From a virus (lineage: Duplodnaviria > Caudoviricetes), in IMG/VR virus record IMGVR_UViG_3300044711_000040, positions 1 to 25,495 of that record: a stretch of DNA of 25,495 bases; one strand, written 5' to 3'. The translations under genes and the position numbers were made by a program. Below, piece by piece: positions 6,957-14,831 of the stretch (position 1 is the stretch's first letter; each line of letters opens with the position of its first letter). A model generated the notes under the pieces. It searched no databases. It saw nothing but the letters and a program-made list of their open reading frames with translations, and was not told where the DNA came from.

Positions 6957-7300
6957 GCCGGGACCAGCCCTTGCTCCACGAGCAGCGCGTGGTCGAACGC
7001 CGCTGACGGCTCGTGATGCATGCAGCCGCCTTGGTCGCCGCACGGCCCTTCGTCATGGGTCGGGTGCTTGCAGCGTTGGGCAGCGGCGTCGGTCAGGTGG
7101 TAGTGGTTGCCGTGATGACGGCCCTCGCGCTCGGCCTTCTCGACGGCCTTCCATTGGAGTAGCCCGCCGCTGAAATAGCCGCAGTTGTCGCAGTAGCCGT
7201 TGCCGAGGATGTCGTGGTCGCCGTAGTGACAATCGGCGTCGCGCTCCAAGCCCGCCTCGTAAGCGTTGGCGGCACCCTCGATCCATCCGAGGTCTGTCAT
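6953..7300 (-). CDS. His/Cys-rich hypothetical protein (115 aa)
   Basis: ATG at 7300 coupled to the stop at 7297; C...H...CDNC and HHGNHYH motifs. Confidence 0.6.
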   Translation of the reverse strand: MTDLGWIEGAANAYEAGLERDADCHYGDHDILGNGYCDNCGYFSGGLLQWKAVEKAEREGRHHGNHYHLTDAAAQRCKHPTHDEGPCGDQGGCMHHEPSAAFDHALLVEQGLVPA

Positions 7301-7518
7301 CGCCGCCGGTCCTCCGTCACGTTGGTCAACGTCCGCACGACCGCGATGCAACCCCGGCAGGCAACGATGGTCTGGCGGTTGAACCCGATGACGAACCGCT
7401 GCGGAGCCACGTTGTCGTGCCCGCTGACGAGCCCGACGCACTCGGTCATCAGCGGCGGGACGTGCTGGCGGCGGTCGACGTGGGGCCACAGGGCAGCCTT
7501 GGCTTCGGTGAGGGTCAT
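7297..7518 (-). CDS. hypothetical protein (73 aa)
   Basis: ATGA overlaps on both sides; C...H...CRGC. Confidence 0.6.
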   Translation of the reverse strand: MTLTEAKAALWPHVDRRQHVPPLMTECVGLVSGHDNVAPQRFVIGFNRQTIVACRGCIAVVRTLTNVTEDRRR

Positions 7519-7732
7519 CGGACGGGCCTACGAAAGTTCGTCCGCAGTCGCTCTTGGAACCACTCGCAGCCGTCCGGGTCGTCGCAATGCCACGAGCCGC
7601 CGAGGCCGTGCCATGCGGTGTGACGACCGCATGGGACAGTCAGCCGACACAATCAGCGCAGTCGGTCCTCAGGGCAGCCTTGCCCATCGGGACGCCGAAC
7701 TGCTCCTGTTCCGCCCAATCGATGTCGCTCAT
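7515..7732 (-). pseudogene. small Cys/His protein apparently split by a 1-nt frameshift near 7643
   Basis: MSDIDW...RTDCADCVG* (7732-7640) continues in the -1 frame as LTVPCGRHTAWH...CDDPDGCEWF...RRPVR*, whose stop is ATGA-coupled to 7518. Confidence 0.4.
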
Positions 7733-7929
7733 GCCGCAGCCCCGCTCTCGTCGCGGGCCAACCCGTTCCGCTTCTGGTTCGCCCGCTCGAGCCAGAGCGG
7801 CTTCCGGGCGGCTTGGACAGGTGCGCACCGGCACCAAGAGGCGGTCCGGTCACAGCCGGAACACCGCTCGGCCTTGTCAGGGAAGTCGCGGTGGGTGTCC
7901 ATGCCGCAGCGGCTACAGGTACCCATCAC
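7729..7929 (-). CDS. small zinc-finger-like protein (66 aa)
   Basis: CSRC...H...CSGC...CRC; coupled at both ends. Confidence 0.6.
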   Translation of the reverse strand: MMGTCSRCGMDTHRDFPDKAERCSGCDRTASWCRCAPVQAARKPLWLERANQKRNGLARDESGAAA

Positions 7930-8582
7930 GCCGCCACCTCAGCCGAGACGGCTCCGTGGATGGGGCACTTGGATTCGGGCCAGCGACGGCCGCTGAGGAT
8001 GAAGCTGATCTGGGCCTGAGCCACGCCGTACTTCGTCGCGAGGTCAGGCTGTAGGGCACCGGCCTTGCGAGCGGCCCGGATGGCGTGTACGTCGTCCCAG
8101 GTCAGCCGGGCGCGGCCGTTGTTCTCGCCGGCGCACACGCCCTGATTGGCGGGGTTGGCGAAGCCATCGAGGATGTTTTCTTGGCGGGTGCCCGCGCTCA
8201 GGTGCGCCGGGTTGACGCAAGGCGGCGTGTCGCAGGCGTGCATGACGTCGCAGCGATCCGGGATCGTCCCGCCGTGCATGAGGAACGACGCTCGATGCGC
8301 ACCCATGCGCCGACCGTTGTAGCTGGTCTGCCCGTAGGACCGGTTGCCCTTCGGGTCGGTGTACGCAGCGCCCGTCCAGATCCAGCACGGGCCAAGCTCG
8401 GGACGACGCGTGTTGACGGGACCGTCCTTGTTGACGCGCGCCCAGAACCGGCGCTCCTGAGCGGACAATAATCCGGCCCCGTCGGTAGCAGTTGCCTTGT
8501 CAGGCGTGCTCCTGACCGCTTGCCCGCGTGCGGCAGGTGTCTGCAGACATAACTCACCACTAAGGAAACTGTGTGATGTCAT
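7926..8582 (-). CDS. HNH homing-endonuclease-like protein with a C-terminal HTH
   Basis: RFWARV...CWIWTG...YGQ...AHRAS...VMHACDTPPCVNPAHL..GT..EN..D; GENNGRARLT...LATKYGVAQAQIS; ATG 8582 coupled to the Cro-like stop. Confidence 0.85.
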   Translation of the reverse strand: MTSHSFLSGELCLQTPAARGQAVRSTPDKATATDGAGLLSAQERRFWARVNKDGPVNTRRPELGPCWIWTGAAYTDPKGNRSYGQTSYNGRRMGAHRASFLMHGGTIPDRCDVMHACDTPPCVNPAHLSAGTRQENILDGFANPANQGVCAGENNGRARLTWDDVHAIRAARKAGALQPDLATKYGVAQAQISFILSGRRWPESKCPIHGAVSAEVAA

Positions 8583-8779
8583 GCGACACGCTCCCTTGCC
8601 GACTCGATGGCGGCAGCGAGCGCCCGTCGGTACTGCAGCTCGCGCTCGGGGCTGGGATCTACCGACTTCTCGAGGGCGTGGATGGTCTGCCTGGAGAGCT
8701 TCATCCGTGCGGCGATCTCGGTGACGGTGATCTCGGCTCGGCGACGTTCGGCCCTGAGATCTGGCCCTGTGATCGGCAT
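8579..8779 (-). CDS. Cro-like XRE-family HTH regulator
   Basis: LRAERRRAEITVTEIAARMKLSRQTIHALEK; first gene of the early operon, divergent from the repressor. Confidence 0.8.
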   Translation of the reverse strand: MPITGPDLRAERRRAEITVTEIAARMKLSRQTIHALEKSVDPSPERELQYRRALAAAIESARERVA

Positions 8780-8785
8780 GTCGGA

Positions 8786-8814
8786 AATGTAGCTGCCCGT
8801 GGAACACCTGTCAA
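8786..8814 (-). promoter_or_regulatory. leftward (early lytic) sigma70-type promoter TTGACA-N17-TACATT
   Basis: -35 at 8814-8809, -10 at 8791-8786, 6 nt before the Cro-like ATG (leaderless geometry). Confidence 0.8.
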
Positions 8815-8864
8815 CCCGGCTGGACTCGGTAAGGCACCTGATAACCGTTTACGCACGAACCTAC

Positions 8865-8893
8865 TTGACAGTTGTCATGACAGCGCCGAGACT
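8865..8893 (+). promoter_or_regulatory. rightward repressor promoter TTGACA-N17-GAGACT with overlapping palindromes (candidate operator)
   Basis: -35 at 8865-8870, -10 at 8888-8893, ATG at 8903; TGACAgtTGTCA (8866-8877) and TGTCATGACA (8873-8882) in the spacer. Confidence 0.6.
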
Positions 8894-8902
8894 CACCGTC
8901 CG

Positions 8903-9343
8903 ATGTACCGACCATTGAGCAAGCCGCCGAAGGGCGCGTGGGCACGCCATCTGCAGAAACGGCGTGAGGAACGCGATCTGAGCCAGACGCAAGCCTTCGA
9001 GCTCGTCTGCGAACGGATCGGCTGGTCACGCCACAGTCGGACCGCCTACACCGCGATCGACAACGGCGACCGTCAACCCAAGGGCATCGAGGTCACCGTC
9101 CTCGGCGCAGAGTTCGGCTGGCCGCCCGATCCACAGGACGCAGAGGACGCGCCGCCGGACCAGGCCGCGCTCATCAAGGCCCTCGCCGCTCAGACCGAGG
9201 CGATCAACCGCCTCGTCGACCGGCTCGAGTCGCTGGCCTCGACGGCAATCCGGGCTGGGGTAGCGGATGAGCTTCGGGCAGCGGGGCTAGCCCTAGCAAC
9301 CGGCGCGTCGCCAGTCGTGCCGCCTCCCGGACCTCGGCCGTGA
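8903..9343 (+). CDS. XRE-family HTH repressor (CI-like), no S24 peptidase domain
   Basis: LQKRREERDLSQTQA...IGW...YTAIDNGDRQP; C-terminal coiled-coil-like LIKALAAQTEAINRLVDRLE; ATG 8903 in frame with ORF 8573..9343. Confidence 0.75.
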   Translation: MYRPLSKPPKGAWARHLQKRREERDLSQTQAFELVCERIGWSRHSRTAYTAIDNGDRQPKGIEVTVLGAEFGWPPDPQDAEDAPPDQAALIKALAAQTEAINRLVDRLESLASTAIRAGVADELRAAGLALATGASPVVPPPGPRP

Positions 9344-9479
9344 ACGCTCGCTCGATGAGCGCGACAGCCTCGGCGTCGGTCACCGGGTGCGGCGTTGTCG
9401 GTGCCGGGAACCCGCGGTACGACGGATTGCGACCGGCCCGGACGCGAGCCAGAGCCTCGGACACATGGTCTGGGTCCAT
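9204..9479 (-). CDS. hypothetical protein (91 aa), convergent with and overlapping the repressor 3' end
   Basis: GGGGGAAAA purine tract before ATG 9479; helical-looking AEAVALIERAFTAEVREAARLA; fills an otherwise empty gap. Confidence 0.4.
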   Translation of the reverse strand: MDPDHVSEALARVRAGRNPSYRGFPAPTTPHPVTDAEAVALIERAFTAEVREAARLATRRLLGLAPLPEAHPLPQPGLPSRPATRAGRRGG

Positions 9480-9632
9480 GTCGTTTTCCCCCGCGCGCTC
9501 GGATGTGACGGGCCGATGATATCCGCCAGATTGTGGGGGTTTGGGATGGTTAGGTCTAGTGGCCCGGTGCCGTCCGTCACCGCTTTCTTGCCGGCTCCGA
9601 CGGACGTGACACGCCGTTGGGGTCGGCGCCCC

Positions 9633-9644
9633 TAGAGTGACCCG
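9633..9644 (+). promoter_or_regulatory. candidate -10 box TAGAGT 6 nt before the GT87 ATG (leaderless)
   Basis: Same TANNNT-N6-ATG geometry as the Cro-like gene; no Shine-Dalgarno and no well-spaced -35. Confidence 0.4.
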
Positions 9645-10544
9645 ATGAACGTCGCAGGAATCGCGAAGCGCCCCGCCACGTGGGCGGGGCTGGATCGGAC
9701 GTTCCTGTTGTCGGCCCTCGCGGTCGCGGGCGTGATCGTGTGCGGGATCCAGATCCTCGAGAACTACCGCTCCGGTGGCTGGCCCTATTACGACACCGCC
9801 TGCTACTGGCTCGGGGGGTTGCACCTCCGGACGGGGGAGCCGGTGTACGGATCGACGTTCCCGTTCCGCTACGCCCCACCGCTGGCCATCCTGTCGGTGC
9901 CGCTGTCATTCCTCCCGCTGGAGCTCGTGGCCGCTGGGTTGTTCGTCGGCCAGGTGCTCGCCTACCGCTACATCTGCGGCTCGTGGCGGACCGCCGGACT
10001 CGTGGCGTGGCTGCCGATCGTCCCGCGCGAGCTGGTCACCGGCAACGTCGACATGCTCATGGCCGCGGCGATGCTCGCGCCGATGCTCGGAATCCGGCGC
10101 TCAGGCTGGACGCTGGCGCTCGCGGCGCTGGCGAAGTGGTCGCCCGCGTTCATCCTCGTGAGCGCGAGACGATGGCGCGAGTTCGCCCTTGCCCTCGCGG
10201 TGCTGTGCGCCCTGACCCTCCCGGTGCTCCATCTTTGGCCGGAGTGGTGGGCCTACCTGTTCAACCCGCCCGAGGTCTGGATCCCGCTCGCCGTCCGGGT
10301 GCCGATCGGTCTGGTCCTGGTCGCGTATCGCAGGCCGTGGTCGGTGCTGGCCGGGGCGGCAATCCTGACCCCCGCGTTCTACTTCCACTCGCTCGTGCTG
10401 CTCATCCCGGCGTTCCGGCTAGCCCCAGCCGCGAACGCCGAAGCTGTAGCTCGTGTCCGAGGTATACGTTCCGTACTCCCAGATCGCCTCAAGCCCGCGC
10501 GCCGGGTTGTGGACGACCTCGGACCAGATGTTGTCGGACGCTGA
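9645..10544 (+). CDS. GT87/DUF2029-like polytopic membrane glycosyltransferase (GT-C)
   Basis: D..CYW.G...L..GEPVY...FRYAPPLAIL..PL, GNVD.L, ALAKW.P motifs; many hydrophobic segments. Confidence 0.8.
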   Translation: MNVAGIAKRPATWAGLDRTFLLSALAVAGVIVCGIQILENYRSGGWPYYDTACYWLGGLHLRTGEPVYGSTFPFRYAPPLAILSVPLSFLPLELVAAGLFVGQVLAYRYICGSWRTAGLVAWLPIVPRELVTGNVDMLMAAAMLAPMLGIRRSGWTLALAALAKWSPAFILVSARRWREFALALAVLCALTLPVLHLWPEWWAYLFNPPEVWIPLAVRVPIGLVLVAYRRPWSVLAGAAILTPAFYFHSLVLLIPAFRLAPAANAEAVARVRGIRSVLPDRLKPARRVVDDLGPDVVGR

Positions 10545-11654
10545 GCCCGAGGTCAGTTGCGTGCCGGCCCACGTCGCCCCGTCGTCGCTCGATTCGTAGC
10601 GCCACATCTCCCACTTCGTCGCCTTGCGCGCGAGGTACACGATGTTCGGGTTCGTGTGGTGGATGGCGCAGCCCGAGCCGTACTGGTTGCCGGTGAGCTG
10701 CCCACCGACCGAGGCGATGACGGTGTCGACCTGCCACGCCCCGGAGCGGAACCGCCCGACCTTGATCGCGTTGTCCGAGCCGACATCGACCATCATCACC
10801 GTCGCCGGGCGGCCGAGGGAATCGACGCAGCCGCCCCACGACCACGCCGTTGCGGCGTGGACCTGCGTGATGTCGGAGTAGCCGATGGGGAGTGACGCGC
10901 TGATGAGCGTTCCGTCGCTCTTGTACCGGTTGCCCGTTGCCGTGTCGAGGGAGAAGTGGCCGAGCGGCGAGGCGGTCGGAACGTCGTCGGTCGGGAAGAT
11001 GTGGATCGTGTGATCCCCGTCCCCGATGATCCGCCAGTACGGCACCTTGCCCGTGGCCCCGGTGTACAGGATCGTCCGGGCGCTCCAGGTCGAGCCGCCA
11101 TCGGTGCTCGTGGAGTAGCTGAGCCGGCCCGTCGTCGTGCCCGAGATGTAGTCGCGGAAGAAGAGGTAGATCGTCCCCGACGCCATCTGGTAGAGGATCA
11201 TGTAGGTGTACTGCGCGGCGCCGATCGAGGCGTCGGGCGTGACCTCGGTCCAGCTCCCGGTGATGTCCTCGGCGTTCGGGCTGATGAAGATGTGGGGCGT
11301 GTCGGTCTCGGCGTGGTGCGAGCAGGCCACGACGAGCTTGTGGTCGGACGAGCGGACGATGACCGAGGGCGACGAGTGGCTGTCGATGCCCGCGTCGAAC
11401 GTGCCCGGTTCGAACGCGGCGGCGAGGACGTGGGTCGTCGTGACCCCGGTCGAGTGGACGTACTTGCCGACCTCGATATCGCCGTTGCTGCCGTTCGTCC
11501 AGACGAAATACGTCGCGCCGTTGTAGTGGATGGCCTTCGGATCCTGGATCTGCGTCCAGCCCGCCTTCGGGGCGCTCGTGATCGTGCGCAGGACCGGCCC
11601 AGCGAAGCCGCCCGTTCCGTGGGCGGCCATCAGGAGCCGGGTGGCGACCGTCAC
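10419..11654 (-). CDS. BNR/Asp-box beta-propeller protein, putative receptor-binding or glycan-degrading tail protein
   Basis: GTG 11654 overlaps the upstream TAG; DSHSSPSV...SHH, YTY...IYLFFR, Asp-boxes STDGGSTW and SSDDGATW (BNR_4-like). Confidence 0.7.
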   Translation of the reverse strand: MTVATRLLMAAHGTGGFAGPVLRTITSAPKAGWTQIQDPKAIHYNGATYFVWTNGSNGDIEVGKYVHSTGVTTTHVLAAAFEPGTFDAGIDSHSSPSVIVRSSDHKLVVACSHHAETDTPHIFISPNAEDITGSWTEVTPDASIGAAQYTYMILYQMASGTIYLFFRDYISGTTTGRLSYSTSTDGGSTWSARTILYTGATGKVPYWRIIGDGDHTIHIFPTDDVPTASPLGHFSLDTATGNRYKSDGTLISASLPIGYSDITQVHAATAWSWGGCVDSLGRPATVMMVDVGSDNAIKVGRFRSGAWQVDTVIASVGGQLTGNQYGSGCAIHHTNPNIVYLARKATKWEMWRYESSDDGATWAGTQLTSGSASDNIWSEVVHNPARGLEAIWEYGTYTSDTSYSFGVRGWG

Positions 11655-12301
11655 TAGACGATGAAGTAGAAGATCGGGGCCGCGATGGCTCCGGGGTCCC
11701 ACGTCGCGGTGATCGAGGCCGGCAGGTTGGTCGAGACCGAGGACTGGATGCCGACGAGGTTCCACGTCCCGAACCCGGCAGCGCCGGGCAGGACGGAGGT
11801 CGTGACGAGGAGGGAGGCGTTGTTCGACCAGAACGCGAGGTAGTAGACCGTCCCCGCCGTCAGCGCGACGCTCCCGGTCAGCGCCTGCGTCCGCTTGCCC
11901 GTGCCGGGCGAGGCGAACGCTCCGGTCGAGCCGAGCTTGCTGCTCAGCGCCTCGTTGTAGATGCCGAGATCGAGGTTCCCGGCCGAGGTCGCGCAGTTCC
12001 ACGCCGCCGTCGCGACGGTGACGTCTGCGGTCGGAACGAACTTCGTGATGTACACCCGGTCGGCGGCGAGCGCCGTGGCGACGCTGGTCCCGAGCGTTCC
12101 AAGTGCCTGGGGCGAGCCGACGTAGAGGTTCGTGATGCCCGCCCCCTCGATCGTGACATCCACGCCGGAGGAGTCCGTTCGCTTGAGCTTGTGCGTGGTC
12201 GAATCGATGTAGAGCCGCTGCTTCCCGGCGGCAGGCGCGGAGGGTTCGGTGCCCTCAGTGATGAGGATCGAGGGGTACGCGTTGTCGCTCGCCTTGGTCA
12301 C
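11654..12301 (-). CDS. minor tail/fibre protein
   Basis: Position in the tail module; PSAPAAGKQRLYID N-terminal motif; beta-rich C-terminus (LTAGTVYYLAFW). Confidence 0.6.
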   Translation of the reverse strand: MTKASDNAYPSILITEGTEPSAPAAGKQRLYIDSTTHKLKRTDSSGVDVTIEGAGITNLYVGSPQALGTLGTSVATALAADRVYITKFVPTADVTVATAAWNCATSAGNLDLGIYNEALSSKLGSTGAFASPGTGKRTQALTGSVALTAGTVYYLAFWSNNASLLVTTSVLPGAAGFGTWNLVGIQSSVSTNLPASITATWDPGAIAAPIFYFIV

Positions 12302-12310
12302 GGTCGGCTC

Positions 12311-13030
12311 CTATGGGTCGGCATACACGAGGTCCGTTTGGGCCTCGTTCTGGATGAGGTCAGCGAAGATCAGCGGGGTGGATGGGGTGTCGGAGATGAG
12401 GATTTCGCCGATGCCGGTCGAACCTGCGATCGTGATCGTCTTGGCGGCGCCAGTCCCCGACGCCACGACTCCGGCCCCGACGAAATCGAGCGATGTTGCG
12501 GCGGTTGCCAGTGACGAACCCTCGTCCTTGATCGTCAGCGCGGAACCCGACCCTCCGGTGGGGAACCCGTACCAGGTCGTCCCGCCGTCCCGAGAGCGGA
12601 CGAGGATGACGTACGTTGTGCTCGCGTTGAATGTCGGTGCCGTGCCCTGCCAGACGACCGACCCCGGCCACGTCACGGTGTAGGGCCCGCCACTATCGAC
12701 GGCGATCTCGAGCGCCATCTCGGCCATGAGCCCGGACGTCGCCCCGGTGAACGTGAACGTGCAGGCGGCGTCGAGAGTCCCGTCGTGATTGCCGGTCAGT
12801 GCATCGAACGTCTCGGTGGAGCCCATGCTCCCGTGATGCGCGACGCCGATGTCTTTCTTGGCGAGTTCCTGCAGCGCCGCCTCGACGTCGGTGGCCGTGA
12901 AGTAGCCGCCGGCATCGGTGATCGAGACATCGGCCGCTGTCGTGCTCCCCGCCGTGTCGTGCCCCGCGGTGTCGAGGTCCATCGCGTGCAGCGCCAGCCG
13001 CCAGCTCCATGCGGGATCGGGGACGGGCAT
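12311..13030 (-). CDS. tail fibre/adaptor protein
   Basis: ATDVEAALQEL coiled motif, TVTWPGSVVW...DGGTTWYG and TIKDEG...LDFVGAGV modules typical of fibres. Confidence 0.65.
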   Translation of the reverse strand: MPVPDPAWSWRLALHAMDLDTAGHDTAGSTTAADVSITDAGGYFTATDVEAALQELAKKDIGVAHHGSMGSTETFDALTGNHDGTLDAACTFTFTGATSGLMAEMALEIAVDSGGPYTVTWPGSVVWQGTAPTFNASTTYVILVRSRDGGTTWYGFPTGGSGSALTIKDEGSSLATAATSLDFVGAGVVASGTGAAKTITIAGSTGIGEILISDTPSTPLIFADLIQNEAQTDLVYADP

Positions 13031-13031
13031 G

Positions 13032-14831
13032 TCAACTCCCCGCGATGTACCAGACGACGATCTGCGCGTTCGTCGGCGGCGGATCGGTGAACGTGAAGGT
13101 GGTCGAGGTGGTTTCGGTGAAGTCCACCCCCGAATCGAGCTCGACCCCGTTCATGTCGACGTGGAGGGAACCCGGGGCGAACGGATAGAGGGTCGTGAAC
13201 ACCGTTTCGATCCCGTCCGGATCCGGAGTCGGGGTTTCGTCCTCGACGGGGTTGCCGGGTGACGCCTCGGCCGCTCCCGCGCCCGTGATCCAGTCGGGTG
13301 GATCGACCCAGAAGCTGACGGTCCCGACGACATCGTGCCCGTGCGGAGCCTGCGCGGCCGCGCCGAACAGGTGGTACGGGTTGTTCAGGTGCCCGGCGTC
13401 GGGAGCCGTGAACGTCCCGTCGAACGTGTACGACCCCGCGCCGTCGGGCATGTCCGTGAAGTCGAAGTCGAGCACGCCCGGCGCGATCCCGAGCTGCAGC
13501 ACGTGGGCGTAGCTGATCGCGTCCCACGTCACCGAGATGTGGTAGGTGTAGACCTGATCCGCGACGAGGACGGTCGTGGTCGGGGACTCGCCGGCGGGAT
13601 CGCCGACGAGGTTGTCGCCGACGACCGTGAAGGCGTCCGACCACCAGTGGACCGCCTCCTGTGGCGGGCCGACCGGGAAGTTGTCGGTGGAACCTGTGCC
13701 GGTTCCGCCGCCGCCCCGGATGCCGTAGGTCGAGAGGGTCAGCACCACGTCGTAGTTGGTCGGGTCGCCCTCGGTCTGGGACACGACCTTGCGCTCGACC
13801 CGGGTCCAACTGAACGAGGTGAACCCCGGGAGGTGCGAGAAGCGGACGCTGATCCGCTGCCCGGCGTCGATCAGCCCGACCTTGGTCGAGGGCAGGCGGA
13901 CGGTGCAGGTGATCGTGACGTGCTCGACCGAATCGCGGGCCAGGATCCGGTTGGCGAACGTCGTGGCGGTCGTGCGCTTGCCGACCCGATCGTTCTCGAC
14001 GTTGATCCCCCGACGCAGGAGGGGCGAGGGAAAGAACGTCGCGGCCGTCGTCGGGTTGTTGGCGTAGACCGCGCCGCCTGTGTACTTGTACCGGATGTGC
14101 GAGTAGACATCCGACGGGTCGGACTGGAGCTCGCCGTCCTTGCTCGGCGGGTAGCAGGTCCCGGTGACGATCCCGTTGATGTCCCGGGTGACGTCGGTGA
14201 GGACGTTGGAGATCGTCAGGCTCGACGTGTTCGTCGTGCTGTCGGGCGCGTCGAAGAACAGCCCGACCCGGTTGACCGAGTGGTCCCACGCGGCATAGAA
14301 GATCTGGCCCCGCGGCCCGGCCAGATCGTAGAGGACATCGGCCGGGTACTGGCCGTGGTAGTCGGTGGCATCGAACGTCCGCCCCGCCCCGGTGACCCAG
14401 CCCGTGTCGTAGACGAGCCCGTCGAGGTAGTCCGACCCGAGCAGCCAAGCGAGGCGTGCGGTGTCCGTCTCCTCCGGGCGCTTGGCGTCCGCGCCCGTGA
14501 TGAGGCGCATCGAGAGGTAGATGTTCTGGTCGTTGATCGTCGTGTCGATCTCGCGCCCGCCGTCCACGAGATACGGTCCGCGCCGGTAGGTCCGATCCGC
14601 GACGAGCCCGGTGAACAATCGCCGGGCCGAGGCGCAGTCGGGTTCCTCCGCGATGTACGTCTGCCAGCCAGTGACCGTCAGGCTGCCGGTCGGATCGTCG
14701 AACACGACGGCGCCCTGCGAGCCCGTCCCGTCGGCCGCGGCGGGCAGTTGCGGCCCCGGATACCCGTTGCCCCGGAGGCGGATGCTCGAGGTCGCCACGA
14801 GCGATCCCTGGAGGTACGAGAACAGGCTCAC
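13032..14831 (-). CDS. tail-tip/baseplate-hub-like minor tail protein (599 aa)
   Basis: Directly after the tape measure (GTGA overlap); RLFTGLV, AGQRISV patterns; C-terminal GSLHVDMNGV...GVDFTE domain. Confidence 0.65.
   Translation of the reverse strand: MSLFSYLQGSLVATSSIRLRGNGYPGPQLPAAADGTGSQGAVVFDDPTGSLTVTGWQTYIAEEPDCASARRLFTGLVADRTYRRGPYLVDGGREIDTTINDQNIYLSMRLITGADAKRPEETDTARLAWLLGSDYLDGLVYDTGWVTGAGRTFDATDYHGQYPADVLYDLAGPRGQIFYAAWDHSVNRVGLFFDAPDSTTNTSSLTISNVLTDVTRDINGIVTGTCYPPSKDGELQSDPSDVYSHIRYKYTGGAVYANNPTTAATFFPSPLLRRGINVENDRVGKRTTATTFANRILARDSVEHVTITCTVRLPSTKVGLIDAGQRISVRFSHLPGFTSFSWTRVERKVVSQTEGDPTNYDVVLTLSTYGIRGGGGTGTGSTDNFPVGPPQEAVHWWSDAFTVVGDNLVGDPAGESPTTTVLVADQVYTYHISVTWDAISYAHVLQLGIAPGVLDFDFTDMPDGAGSYTFDGTFTAPDAGHLNNPYHLFGAAAQAPHGHDVVGTVSFWVDPPDWITGAGAAEASPGNPVEDETPTPDPDGIETVFTTLYPFAPGSLHVDMNGVELDSGVDFTETTSTTFTFTDPPPTNAQIVVWYIAGS

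Noticed and set aside
8461-8575. Lower-GC 5' part of the HNH gene with a short GTCAGG/CCTGAC stem as a group I intron remnant
   Set aside because: No recognisable intron core elements or interrupted host gene; the frame is open and coupled to the Cro-like gene
11655-12002. ORF-track 5' extensions (also 1524-1613, 2868-2990, 8583-8807, 8573-8902, 23904-24650)
   Set aside because: They overlap better-supported neighbours; coupled or promoter-adjacent downstream starts fit better
12796-14448. 550-aa same-strand alternative-frame ORF inside the tail-tip gene (similarly 20098..21219, 21642..22562)
   Set aside because: Arg/Pro/Gly-rich off-frame translation with no domain motif or coupled start, unlike the methyltransferase alternative frame
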